Source: an uncultured Verrucomicrobiota bacterium (GTDB taxonomy: Bacteria > Verrucomicrobiota > Kiritimatiellia > Kiritimatiellales > Tichowtungiaceae). Taken from it: a stretch of DNA of 27,072 nt. The notes under the pieces were generated by a model. That model saw nothing but the letters and a program-made list of their open reading frames with translations. It did not search any database and was not told where the DNA came from. Numbering within the stretch: the stretch's first letter is position 1; each line of letters begins with the position of its first letter. Positions 1-8,897 of the stretch are shown here, in pieces. A program made the translations under genes and the position numbers. The DNA lies in contig CAZITJ010000019.1 in assembly GCA_964542135.1 (NCBI GenBank), forward strand, positions 1-27,072. Direction: 5' to 3'.

Positions 1-1
1 T

Positions 2-88
2 CATCTCCGTCAGCCGCGCGGCCGAGATTCTCGACCTGAGCATCATGGAAATGCGCGCGCGGATGAAATCGTGGAGGGTTGTCTCCTA
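2..88 (+). CDS. 3' end of an unidentified CDS running off the left edge (...ISVSRAAEILDLSIMEMRARMKSWRVVS*)
   Basis: The frame is open to the window edge and ends at TAA 86-88. About 25 of 28 codons end in G/C, like the bona fide genes here. It is too short to classify; the AAEILDLS stretch is vaguely HTH-like. Confidence 0.35.
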
Positions 89-148
89 AAACTTGAAGTG
101 CACGCAATAAAAGGTGTCGCACCGCCACTTTTTTCGGTTCGGTATGGG

Positions 149-1195
149 CTAAAGCCAACCGTGATCCTGAAGGTGCCTGTAGGTAATACCGATATGCCGA
201 GGTGTAAACAGTTCTGCCTTGCGGGAACTCCACTGCTGAACGACATCAACCGCCTCATCTTCCGATGCGGGCGGATTATCAACATGAGTTGCTGCCCAAT
301 GGACTGTAGCAAGCAGTTCCATTCCGTAGGGGGTTTCAAAGCCCTCAATCAGGTCGTCTACGCGTTTCAAACGTTCCAAACTTTCACCTGCGCCAGACGA
401 TTCCAAAAAGAACTCGGCCTCCGCCACAGCATTCGAAGCAAGATGAATAGAGGCATCAGCCGCTTTTTCGGTGTTGTCGCCAACCCCATAAATATAGTGG
501 CCATCCAGTCGATTCAGAACATGGCGAAGATTGTCCGCATAAGGACCGTATTTATCCCGCTGGAAGTTGAGTTTCAACGGTTGACCTGCTTCCTGAAGGA
601 AATAGGCCAACTTTTGAATTTCCAGCCTACTGAGGCGGTATTCTGCCTGTTGATACAGATCAAGCAGCTTAATGAATAATGCACGAGTAATGGTTAAATG
701 AGGTTTTTCGGTCCGATTGTCCATTTCTTCTACCGCCGGTGCCCCGGCGGGCTCAAACAGAAATACTTCAACATCCGGGAGCGAGGCGAAAGTCTGCTCA
801 ATCTTTGGCCGAACCTGATCCCAAGGAAGCCCCCCATTACCACAACCCAGCGGGGGAATCGCAATCGATTTGATTTTCAACCTCTTAATATTCTCCACGA
901 GAGACTGCAACCCGGACTCGATATCCTGCATACGTGATTTTCCGCGCCAGTGGTTTTTGGTAGGGAAATTAATGATGTAGTGAGCCTGCTCAAGATTGCC
1001 AACATCACAAACATGAACTTGGCCGGGCACAATCTGTTTGCGATCACAGGCCTTTTTATAAGCTTTGTAATTTTCAGGAAATGCTTTTTTGAACTGCAAC
1101 GCGATCCCCTTGCCCATCACACCGACACAATTCACGGTATTTACCAATGCATCGGTCTGAGCCTTCAGCAAATCCCCTTGTTTGATCGTGACCAT
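149..1195 (-). CDS. darG: DarG antitoxin: N-terminal macrodomain (ADP-ribosyl-DNA glycohydrolase) plus C-terminal DarT-binding domain
   Basis: MVTIKQGDLL..DALVNTVNCVGVMGKGIALQFKKAFPENY..INFPTKNHWRGKS..IAIPPLGCGNGGL is collinear with the macrodomain of DarG proteins as I recall them (e.g. M. tuberculosis Rv0060). It lies 10-22 nt downstream of darT on the same strand. I chose the ATG at 1195 by homology to the MxT..GDLL N-termini; an in-frame ATG at 1207 is the alternative. Confidence 0.9.
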   Translation of the reverse strand: MVTIKQGDLLKAQTDALVNTVNCVGVMGKGIALQFKKAFPENYKAYKKACDRKQIVPGQVHVCDVGNLEQAHYIINFPTKNHWRGKSRMQDIESGLQSLVENIKRLKIKSIAIPPLGCGNGGLPWDQVRPKIEQTFASLPDVEVFLFEPAGAPAVEEMDNRTEKPHLTITRALFIKLLDLYQQAEYRLSRLEIQKLAYFLQEAGQPLKLNFQRDKYGPYADNLRHVLNRLDGHYIYGVGDNTEKAADASIHLASNAVAEAEFFLESSGAGESLERLKRVDDLIEGFETPYGMELLATVHWAATHVDNPPASEDEAVDVVQQWSSRKAELFTPRHIGITYRHLQDHGWL

Positions 1196-1217
1196 GTTCC
1201 CTAACATTCCTTAGCGA

Positions 1218-1856
1218 CTAATAATACCAGTCCCGCCTGGTTTGTACAGGCACTTCCAGACCCGAATCGCGCAGTATCTCCAAAACGTTCGCCTCAACGC
1301 CAGCATCAAAAACCACAATTTCGTTAATCAAAGAAACCGGGAACTGCTGATAAACTAAAAACTCGGCCTGTCGACGGCGTTTTCTGTCCGGATACTCCGG
1401 CGTATCATTCCACCACTTGCTGCGGATGACTTCCCAATCAACACGATCCAGCTGGGCAAGATCAAAGAAAAATTCAGAAAAGGCCATTGTGGCATGACCA
1501 TCAGTAAAGGCGAAATGTAGTCCGGCGGCCTCAACAGCCTGCGCATTTGAAACCAAATAAACCAGCGGCGGCTGTCCTTCTGTGTGCCCGGAAACATTAC
1601 CGCTGGAGATTGTCAGCAACATCGGCGGTTTGGGACCGAAGTGGAACGGAACATAATCGTGCAGGCACCCTCCTTTGGCTCCAAACACCATGGTTGATTC
1701 CCGCCGGGTCTGGATATGGCCATAAGCGATGTTCCTATGGGTAATTTTCTGCCGTTGCTTTTCGTGGCACGACAACAACCCACCTGACGACAGAATCGAC
1801 GCAAGATTTTGCCAATGCGTCAAATGCACAATCGGAGTTGGAATCGGAGCTGCCAT
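1218..1856 (-). CDS. darT: DarT toxin (DUF4433 family ssDNA thymidine ADP-ribosyltransferase)
   Basis: Conserved DarT blocks are present: PIVHLTHWQNL, IAYGHIQ, LHDYVPFHFGP, FAFTDGHA, RRQAEFLVYQQFP (contains the catalytic Glu position) and the C-terminal RRDWYY. It sits immediately upstream of darG. Confidence 0.9.
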   Translation of the reverse strand: MAAPIPTPIVHLTHWQNLASILSSGGLLSCHEKQRQKITHRNIAYGHIQTRRESTMVFGAKGGCLHDYVPFHFGPKPPMLLTISSGNVSGHTEGQPPLVYLVSNAQAVEAAGLHFAFTDGHATMAFSEFFFDLAQLDRVDWEVIRSKWWNDTPEYPDRKRRRQAEFLVYQQFPVSLINEIVVFDAGVEANVLEILRDSGLEVPVQTRRDWYY

Positions 1857-2180
1857 AAATCACCAATACTCTAGTTGATAAAAATCTCCATCGGATTCTG
1901 AATTTATGACACAAGGTCGGCCAATAGCACTGCCTGAATCACTGTATGAGCCATAATGTCAAAAAACACAAAAATCCACAAAAAAGCGGGCATGTGGTTT
2001 GACAAGTACCTGCCAATAATAGCTGCTCCTTTTTCTGGATAAAATCTCTGATTGCGGCTCAGGCGGGTTTTCGGGGCGATGAGTTGCGGATTCTGGCTCA
2101 TGCCAGCGAGCTGACGGACGACAACGCCACAGCGGTGTGATTTGACGTAAATGGTATCTTATCCTCTCAAAGGAAGCCGT

Positions 2181-3275
2181 ATGAAAAAACGTTTGGGAGA
2201 ACTGGCCGGATTGTTTTTGAAGATGGGCTTTACGGCGTTTGGCGGGCCGGCGGCGCATGTTGCATTCATGGAGACAGAAATCGTCCGTAAGCGCAAGTGG
2301 ATGGATGAGCAGCATTTCCTTGATCTGGTCGGCGCGACCAACCTGATTCCCGGCCCGAACTCAACCGAGATGGCGATTCACTGCGGGCACGAGCGCGCGG
2401 GCATTCCCGGCCTGTTTACCGCAGGCCTCGCGTTTATACTTCCAGCGTGTCTGATCGCCGGGGTGCTGTCCTTTTTCTATCAGCAGTATGGTGAGCTTCC
2501 CGAAGTGGAGCCGTTTTTGTACGGCATCAAACCCGCCGTGCTGATGATTATTCTCGGCGCGGTGCTTAAGCTCGGCAAAAAGGCGATCAAAAACAAACGG
2601 CTGGCGGCCATCGGACTGGCCGCCGCGGTCGGCGGTGCGGCCGGTGGCAATACGGCACTGCTGATTATCGGCCTCGGGCTGGTTGGGTTGGCGTGGTTTG
2701 AAACGGTCCGTCGGCGCTCGGCAAAAATGATGGCGATTGAGCCGGTATCATTGCTGCTGCTTTTTTTTGTGTTTTTTAAAATCGGCGCGCTGCTGTTCGG
2801 CAGCGGCTATGTGCTGATTGCCTATTTTGAAACCGAGCTGATTGACAACCTCGGACTCATTACCCGTACACAGCTTCTTGATGCGATTGCGGTGGGGCAG
2901 TTCACGCCGGGGCCGCTGCTCTCGTCGGCAACCTTCGTCGGCTACCAGATTGCAGGCATCAAAGGGGCGGCGGTCGCGACGCTCGGGATGGTGCTGCCGT
3001 CCACATTGTTTGTGTGGATACTCAACCCGCTGGTGCCGCGTATGCGCGGTTCGAAAATCTTCGGAAATTTTTTGAATGCCGTTAATGCGGGTGCCGTCGG
3101 CGTGATGGCCGGGGTTGCGATTCTGCTTGGCAGACAGGTGCTGGTTGACTGGCGCGCGTGGTTGATTGGCGCGCTGGCGGCTGTCGCGGTGTTCGGGCCG
3201 AAGAAACTGAGCAGCGTCTGGGTGGTTCTGGGCGGCTCGCTGATCGGCCGGCTTCTTCTGGAGGTCCCATTTTGA
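2181..3275 (+). CDS. chrA: Chromate ion transporter (CHR family, two-domain ChrA)
   Basis: FGGPAAHVAFMETEIVRKRKWMDEQHFLDLVGATNLIPGPNSTEMA is the CHR signature, and a second CHR repeat (AVGQFTPGPLLSSATFVGY) is present. The protein is polytopic and hydrophobic. An AGGAAG RBS lies 4 nt before the ATG at 2181; the ORF-track start at 2151 lacks an RBS. Confidence 0.85.
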   Translation: MKKRLGELAGLFLKMGFTAFGGPAAHVAFMETEIVRKRKWMDEQHFLDLVGATNLIPGPNSTEMAIHCGHERAGIPGLFTAGLAFILPACLIAGVLSFFYQQYGELPEVEPFLYGIKPAVLMIILGAVLKLGKKAIKNKRLAAIGLAAAVGGAAGGNTALLIIGLGLVGLAWFETVRRRSAKMMAIEPVSLLLLFFVFFKIGALLFGSGYVLIAYFETELIDNLGLITRTQLLDAIAVGQFTPGPLLSSATFVGYQIAGIKGAAVATLGMVLPSTLFVWILNPLVPRMRGSKIFGNFLNAVNAGAVGVMAGVAILLGRQVLVDWRAWLIGALAAVAVFGPKKLSSVWVVLGGSLIGRLLLEVPF

Positions 3276-4186
3276 TCCGCCTCGGTCTATGCTGCATTTT
3301 CCGTGAACAGCCGATTCGGTTTCGCACCACCACGGCGAAATCGCTGTTGCGGCTTACTCAAAAAGAGCGCCTCCAAAAACTAAGCACGCTCTGCATGGAA
3401 AATGCCGCGGCACTGGTTGAGGCGATTGAGTTTTGCTCAGAAAACGGGATTGGCGCCTTTCGGGTGCTGAGCCAGATTCTGCCGCTCAAAACCCACCCCG
3501 AAGTCGGATACGACGTCAAGGATCTGCCGGGCGGCAACGAAATCATTGAGCTGTTTAAACGGTGCGGTCAACTGCGCGAAGAAACCGGCCTGCGGCTTTC
3601 GTTTCATCCCGATCAGTTCGTGATTCTTAACTCGCCGCGGGCGGAGGTCATCGAAAGCTCGATTCAGGAGCTGGCCTATCAGGCGCAGGTCGCCGACTGG
3701 ATCGGGGCCGATGTGCTCAACATCCACGGCGGCGGCGCCTACGGGGACAAAGAGGCCGCGTTGTCCCGGTTGCAAACAACGGTTAAAAAACTGCCGAAAG
3801 ATATTCGCTCAAAGCTGACCCTGGAGAATGACGACCGGACCTACACACCATCCGAGTTGCTTCCGGTCTGCCGCGCAACCGGCGTTCCGCTGGTGTACGA
3901 CGCCCATCACCACCGCTGTCTGCCGGACGGGCTGAGCATCGAAGAAACGACCGGGGCCGCCGTTCAAACCTGGAACCGCGAGCCGCTCTTTCATCTTTCC
4001 AGCCCGCGCGAGGGCTGGAAAAAAGGGGCGGATTGGAAACCACATCACGATTTGATCCGAATCGCCGATTTTCCGGACAGCTGGAAAAACAGGACGCTCA
4101 CGGTGGATGTGGAGGCCAAAGCCAAAGAAGCGGCGGTCCGGAGGCTGCGCCGCGCTCTGATTCGGCAGGGCGTGCGGGTGCGGTGA
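3272..4186 (+). CDS. uvsE: UV DNA damage endonuclease (UvdE/UvsE family)
   Basis: IRLGLCC..FRVLSQILPLKTHPEV..LSFHPDQF..NIHGGGAYGDKEAA..LTLENDD..YDAHHH matches the UvsE family end to end. There is no in-frame ATG near the homologous N-terminus. TTG at 3272 is preceded by GGAGG (3260-3264) and overlaps the chrA stop (TTGA). Confidence 0.85.
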   Translation: MIRLGLCCIFREQPIRFRTTTAKSLLRLTQKERLQKLSTLCMENAAALVEAIEFCSENGIGAFRVLSQILPLKTHPEVGYDVKDLPGGNEIIELFKRCGQLREETGLRLSFHPDQFVILNSPRAEVIESSIQELAYQAQVADWIGADVLNIHGGGAYGDKEAALSRLQTTVKKLPKDIRSKLTLENDDRTYTPSELLPVCRATGVPLVYDAHHHRCLPDGLSIEETTGAAVQTWNREPLFHLSSPREGWKKGADWKPHHDLIRIADFPDSWKNRTLTVDVEAKAKEAAVRRLRRALIRQGVRVR

Positions 4187-4267
4187 TTCGGCGTCCGGGC
4201 AGGGGACCCTTCCGTCGCAATTTTCTGTTGCCGGGACGGTTGAGCGTCGAAGGAGAGTGAAGAAAAA

Positions 4268-4286
4268 GTTTCCAAGGTTTGGAAAC
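4268..4286. repeat. Perfect 8-bp-arm inverted repeat GTTTCCAA ggt TTGGAAAC in the uvsE/acyltransferase intergenic region
   Basis: Read directly. It lies 82 nt after the uvsE stop and 42 nt before the next start. No adjacent U-tract. Confidence 0.5.
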
Positions 4287-4327
4287 AGAGCGTATTTTCG
4301 GAATTCATCTTAACGGAAGGAGAACCC

Positions 4328-4966
4328 ATGCCCGCGGGTATAAACGACAGTTTTTCGCATGAGGAATGGACGCGCTGCAATGAGGAGACGATTGCCTTGT
4401 TTAAAAAATGCGGCGTCGAGATCCCGGACAGCTTCAAGAGTACCGGCAAACCTCAGCTTCGGTATTGGAGCGCCTGTGATGATGAACTCAATCTGGATGA
4501 TTTCAAGGGGCGCATTGTTTTCAAAGAGGGGGCTCAGCTCGATAACTCGCCGTACTCACCCTTTCCGCACGGCCCGTGCCGCCTGACGCTGATCAAACTG
4601 ACTCCGGGGAAAACAGGGCGCATTGAAGTGGGGGAGAACACGACGCTCAATGGCACCAGCGTGGTCAGCTATGAGCAGGTGAAAATCGGCGCAAATGTTC
4701 TGTTTGGCCCGGAGGTAGTGATTATTGACGGCGACGGACATCCCGTAGACCGCCGGCTGCCGGATATCGCAGAAAACAAAATCGGGAACATTGCACCGAT
4801 CGAGATCGGCGATCACGCCTGGATCGGTCTGGGCGCCAAAATCATGAAGGGCGTGACCATCGGCCATCATGCGGTCGTAGCCGCCGGCGCGGTGGTGGTG
4901 AAAGACGTGCCTCCGCACGGCGTCGCGGGCGGCAATCCGGCGAAAGTAATCAGGGTTTTTGACTGA
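4328..4966 (+). CDS. Left-handed beta-helix (hexapeptide repeat) acyl/acetyltransferase
   Basis: C-terminal hexapeptide repeats: IGANVLFGPEVVIIDGDGH...IEIGDHAWIGLGAKIMKGVTIGHHAVVAAGAVVVKDVPPHGVAGGNPAKVI. A GGAAGGAG RBS lies 5 nt upstream of the start. Confidence 0.8.
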   Translation: MPAGINDSFSHEEWTRCNEETIALFKKCGVEIPDSFKSTGKPQLRYWSACDDELNLDDFKGRIVFKEGAQLDNSPYSPFPHGPCRLTLIKLTPGKTGRIEVGENTTLNGTSVVSYEQVKIGANVLFGPEVVIIDGDGHPVDRRLPDIAENKIGNIAPIEIGDHAWIGLGAKIMKGVTIGHHAVVAAGAVVVKDVPPHGVAGGNPAKVIRVFD

Positions 4967-4980
4967 AAACAGGGGCTTGT

Positions 4981-6222
4981 ATGAAACGGTTTTTTCTTTT
5001 TTTTCTTCTGCTGGCCGCGGCCTGGAACGGGCTCGGGCAAACATCCTATACCAATGCCTATGAGGCCATCGGACTGTTTACCACAGTGCTCGAAGAGGTC
5101 CATCGCAGTTATGTGGATGCGGATGAGGCGGGGTATGACGCGCTGATCCGGCACGCTCTGAGCGGGATGCTTCAGGAACTCGATCCCTACAGCCAGTTCC
5201 TCGATGAAGAGGGCTTTGACGATATTCAGGAGGAAACCTCCGGCCACTTCGGCGGGGTGGGGCTGGTGGTCAGCATGAAGCAGGGCCGCCTGACCGTCAT
5301 CTCTCCGATGGAAGATACGCCCGCGTTCCGCGCCGGGATTCTCTCCGGTGATCTGATCATTGAGATCGACGGCGAAGAAACGCATTCCATGAGCCTCTCC
5401 GAGGCCGTCAAAATGATGCGCGGAAAACCGGGGACCGAGGTGACGCTGAAAACCCTCCGTCCGTCAACCCATCGAACCGACGAGCATGTCATTGTTCGCG
5501 ACGATATCGAAGTGGCCAGCGTAAAAGATACGAAAATGCTCGAAGACGGCATCGGTTATATCCGCATCACGCAGTTTGCCGAACCCACCGCCGACAGCCT
5601 CAAAGAGGCCCTGCGCGAACTGTCCGAACCGGACCGGGACCTGCGGGCGCTGGTGATGGATCTGCGCGGAAACCCCGGCGGGCTGCTCTCCGCGGCCGGC
5701 GGCGTGGCCGAGCTCTTTCTTCCGCGCGGCGAACTGATTGTGTTCACCAAAGACCGCAACGGAGAGCCCCTTCAGGAATTCAAGGCCACCGGATCCGTTC
5801 ACTATCGCGATATGCCCCTGGCGATCCTCGTGAATCGCGGCAGTGCCAGCGCCTCGGAAATTGTGGCCGGCGCGCTGCAGGACCACAACCGCGCCATTCT
5901 GGTCGGCGAAAAAACCTTCGGCAAGGGATCCGTTCAGAGCCTGCTTCCGCTCGAAGACGGTTCCGCCGTGAAGCTCACGACCGCCAAATACTACACGCCC
6001 AGTGAACGCGAGATCCACGACAAAGGCATTGAGCCCGATATTCGTGTGGACATGGATCCTGAAACACTCTACAGGCTCCGGCTCAGCAACATGCAGCAGC
6101 AGGACGGTGCCGAGGCCGACGAACCCGCTGACGATTCGCTCGGCGAGGGGCTGTCCGACGTGCAGCTCGAAAAAGCCATCGGTGTGCTGCAGGGAGTGCT
6201 GATCTTCCGGGAAAAACAATGA
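4981..6222 (+). CDS. S41 family carboxy-terminal processing peptidase (PDZ domain), secreted
   Basis: Signal peptide MKRFFLFFLLLAAAWNG. PDZ block GGVGLVVSMKQGRLTVISPMEDTPAFRAGILSGDLIIEIDG. Catalytic blocks NRGSASASEIVAGAL and TFGKGSVQ. Confidence 0.9.
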   Translation: MKRFFLFFLLLAAAWNGLGQTSYTNAYEAIGLFTTVLEEVHRSYVDADEAGYDALIRHALSGMLQELDPYSQFLDEEGFDDIQEETSGHFGGVGLVVSMKQGRLTVISPMEDTPAFRAGILSGDLIIEIDGEETHSMSLSEAVKMMRGKPGTEVTLKTLRPSTHRTDEHVIVRDDIEVASVKDTKMLEDGIGYIRITQFAEPTADSLKEALRELSEPDRDLRALVMDLRGNPGGLLSAAGGVAELFLPRGELIVFTKDRNGEPLQEFKATGSVHYRDMPLAILVNRGSASASEIVAGALQDHNRAILVGEKTFGKGSVQSLLPLEDGSAVKLTTAKYYTPSEREIHDKGIEPDIRVDMDPETLYRLRLSNMQQQDGAEADEPADDSLGEGLSDVQLEKAIGVLQGVLIFREKQ

Positions 6223-6256
6223 CTGCCGCAATCCATTTATTCTTCGCTTTCGGCCC

Positions 6257-7327
6257 ATGATCCTGCTCGGCATAGAAACCTCCTGCGATGAGACCGCCGC
6301 CGCCGTTGCAGAAAACGGCGCGATCCGCTCCAATGCGATCTATTCGCAGGTGGCTGCCCATGCACCGTACGGCGGTGTCGTGCCGGAAATTGCATCACGC
6401 AATCATGTCAAAAAACTGCCCGGCATCATCGACATCGCGCTGCGGGAGGCCGGCACATCGTTTGATCAGCTCGACGGCATCGCGGTCACATACGGCCCCG
6501 GGCTGGCCAGCTCCCTGCTTGTCGGCTGGTCGGCCGCGCAGGCGCTCAGCCTGCGGCTCGATATTCCCCTGACCGGCGTGCACCATCATGAAGGGCATAT
6601 CTACTCGGTTTTTCTCGGCGATGAGCCGCCGGTTCTCGACGGGGCCTTTCCCCTGCTGGTGCTGCTGGTCTCCGGCGGCGATACCAGGCTCGTTTATATG
6701 ACGCATCCGGGCTCCTATGAACTCATCGGGCAGACCCTTGACGATGCCGCCGGCGAGGCGCTTGATAAAGGGGCCGCACTGCTTGGCCTCGGGTATCCCG
6801 GCGGGCCCGCCGTTCAACGCACCGCCGAAGGGGGCAATCCCCGGGCCGTGCACTTCCCGCGCGGGCTGGCCGGTCCGGGAGGAAACTGGCCGTACCGATA
6901 TGATCGCGAGCTGTGCTTCAGTTTCAGCGGACTCAAAACCGCGCTGCTTTATTACCTGCAGAAACATCCCGGCGTACCAACCGACCCCGAGGCCCTGCGC
7001 GATGTTGCCGCGAGCTATCAGGAGGCGGTTGCCGATGCGTTGACGGCCCGGACCGCCCGCGCGCTGGAGCGCTTTGAATGTGCCTCCTTTGCCTGTGCCG
7101 GCGGCGTATCGCTCAACAAGGTGCTGCGCGAAAAGCTCAGCACGCTTTCCGCACAGACCGGCATCCCGCTGAACCTGTCGGCCCCGGGCCTCGGCACGGA
7201 CAACGCCGCCATGATCGCCGGAGCCGCGCACGTCCGCCTGCAGAACGGCGGGGGGTTTCTTCCGCCCGAAGATGTGTCGCCCCATCTCGGGCTTTGCAGC
7301 TGGCCCGGCTCCGCGGAGGACGCATGA
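6257..7327 (+). CDS. tsaD: tRNA N6-adenosine threonylcarbamoyltransferase TsaD (Kae1/Gcp family)
   Basis: MILLGIETSCDETAAAV, GVVPEIASRNH, VTYGPGLASSLLVG, VHHHEGH, LVSGGDT and GLGTDNAAMI are all hallmark TsaD blocks. Confidence 0.95.
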   Translation: MILLGIETSCDETAAAVAENGAIRSNAIYSQVAAHAPYGGVVPEIASRNHVKKLPGIIDIALREAGTSFDQLDGIAVTYGPGLASSLLVGWSAAQALSLRLDIPLTGVHHHEGHIYSVFLGDEPPVLDGAFPLLVLLVSGGDTRLVYMTHPGSYELIGQTLDDAAGEALDKGAALLGLGYPGGPAVQRTAEGGNPRAVHFPRGLAGPGGNWPYRYDRELCFSFSGLKTALLYYLQKHPGVPTDPEALRDVAASYQEAVADALTARTARALERFECASFACAGGVSLNKVLREKLSTLSAQTGIPLNLSAPGLGTDNAAMIAGAAHVRLQNGGGFLPPEDVSPHLGLCSWPGSAEDA

Positions 7328-7791
7328 ATCCGACGGTTTACATTCGCAGCGCCGGCATCGACGATCTCGCCGCCATTTTTCATTTGGGCGAGAAGGTGTT
7401 TACCGCGCAGGCCGCCTCGAATCTCTATCGAACGTGGGATGAATATGAGGTCACCGCCCTGTTCAACAGCGAGCCGGACTGCCTGCTGGTGGCCGAAAGC
7501 GACGGACAGGTGGTCGGCTTCGCGCTGGGAACCACCATCGAAAAAGCCCGCTCGGCATGGAGTTACGGCCACCTCCTCTGGCTCGGCGTCGATCCGGACT
7601 GCTCCCGGCAGGGCATTGGAAGCCAGCTTTTTGACCGCTTTCGGGAACGCATGGAAACGCAGGGAGTGCGGATAATGATGATCGATACGCAGGCCGACAA
7701 CGAGGCCGCCATCGCCTTCTTTCGCCGAAAGGGATTCGAGAACCCCACCGACCACGTTTATATGACCCTCAACCTCAATAAGGAGGAATGA
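7324..7791 (+). CDS. GNAT family N-acetyltransferase (RimI-like by context)
   Basis: GNAT motif A is present (LGVDPDCSRQGIGSQLF..) together with AIAFFRRKGF. ATG 7324 overlaps the tsaD stop (ATGA). The longer ORF-track start at 7078 lies inside tsaD and is a frame artefact. Confidence 0.8.
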   Translation: MNPTVYIRSAGIDDLAAIFHLGEKVFTAQAASNLYRTWDEYEVTALFNSEPDCLLVAESDGQVVGFALGTTIEKARSAWSYGHLLWLGVDPDCSRQGIGSQLFDRFRERMETQGVRIMMIDTQADNEAAIAFFRRKGFENPTDHVYMTLNLNKEE

Positions 7792-8897
7792 TGGCCGGCA
7801 CCGTCTGCCGCAAACGCCTGTATAATCTGTTTCGCGATCTGGTTGATATCTACAGCCCGTCCAATCGTGAAGAGGAAATTACCGCCTTTCTCAGTGCGTT
7901 TCTCGAAGAGCACGGACTCCCCGTTTCCTATCAACAGGTGGATGACACCCGCTCCAATCTGATCGTTTGTTCCGGGGACCATCCGCAAAGGCTTTTCCTG
8001 GGCCATCTGGACACCGTGCCGGCCTATGATATTGAGCAATACAGCTTCAATGAACACGACGGACTCTGCTGCGGGCTCGGCACCGCCGATATGAAAAGCG
8101 GCTGCGCCGCCATGGTCGAGGCCTTTATCTGTGCAGCGGAAAACGCAACGCTGCCGCCGCAGACCGCGCTGGCGCTGGTCGTCGGCGAGGAGGAAGCCGG
8201 TGACGGCACGCAGGTGCTGCTGCAGGCACACCGCTTCCAAACAGCTCTGGTCGCCGAGCCCACCGATCTGCGCCCCTGTCTGGAACATTACGGCTACGTG
8301 GAACTGCTCGTCCGGGCGTTTGGATACCGGCGGCACGCCGCCATGTCCAACCGGGACACCAACGCCATCCGCGCCATGCTTCGCCTGCTCATTCAGCTCG
8401 AAGACCGCATCGAAAACGAAGAGCCGTCCACCGTACTCAACATCCGCGACCTGCACAGCTCAGAGTCCGGGTTCGCGGTCCCCGACCGCTGCGCCGCCGC
8501 CATCGACCTGCATCTTCCGCCCGGGATCTCCGCCCGGCGCTACGCGGAACAGCTCCGCAGATTTGTTTCCGATGCACTGGAAAGCAGCCGCGCCTCCCGG
8601 CACGAAATCGATTTCCCGACCCTTGCCGACGGATTTCAGATTGCTGCAGACGAGCCGCTTCCCCGGGCGCTAAAAGAGATTTTCCAAACCCTGGAAAGAC
8701 CCTGGAACCCCATGGCGTTTCACAGTCACTCCGATGCCAACCTGCTTTGCGAGGCCGGATGCAGTCCGCTCATCCTCGGTCCCGGGCAGCTTTCAAAAGC
8801 CCATACGCGGGATGAATCCGTGGCGTTTGAACAGGTCGTCGCCGCCGCTGAGATCTATGCCCGGCTGCTGGACCGTGCAGACGGTTCCAGTCATTGA
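7788..8897 (+). CDS. M20 family metallopeptidase/deacylase (ArgE/DapE-like)
   Basis: Metal-ligand blocks LGHLDTVP, GLGTADMKSG and VVGEEEAGDG. The start overlaps the GNAT stop (ATGA), with AAGGAGGA directly upstream. Confidence 0.8.
   Translation: MMAGTVCRKRLYNLFRDLVDIYSPSNREEEITAFLSAFLEEHGLPVSYQQVDDTRSNLIVCSGDHPQRLFLGHLDTVPAYDIEQYSFNEHDGLCCGLGTADMKSGCAAMVEAFICAAENATLPPQTALALVVGEEEAGDGTQVLLQAHRFQTALVAEPTDLRPCLEHYGYVELLVRAFGYRRHAAMSNRDTNAIRAMLRLLIQLEDRIENEEPSTVLNIRDLHSSESGFAVPDRCAAAIDLHLPPGISARRYAEQLRRFVSDALESSRASRHEIDFPTLADGFQIAADEPLPRALKEIFQTLERPWNPMAFHSHSDANLLCEAGCSPLILGPGQLSKAHTRDESVAFEQVVAAAEIYARLLDRADGSSH

Noticed and set aside
1904-2101. 65-aa minus-strand ORF between chrA and darT
   Set aside because: Only the first 18 or so codons look coding-like. 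The rest is AT-rich spacer with Phe/Ile-rich translation and no recognisable family. It may be a relic of the gene displaced by DarTG, but that cannot be supported.
4990-5004. T6 and T8 homopolymer tracts at the 5' end of the S41 peptidase gene, considered as possible slipped-strand phase variation
   Set aside because: They simply encode the Phe/Leu-rich signal peptide (FFLFFLLL). Tracts this short, in one gene and with no other evidence, do not support phase variation.
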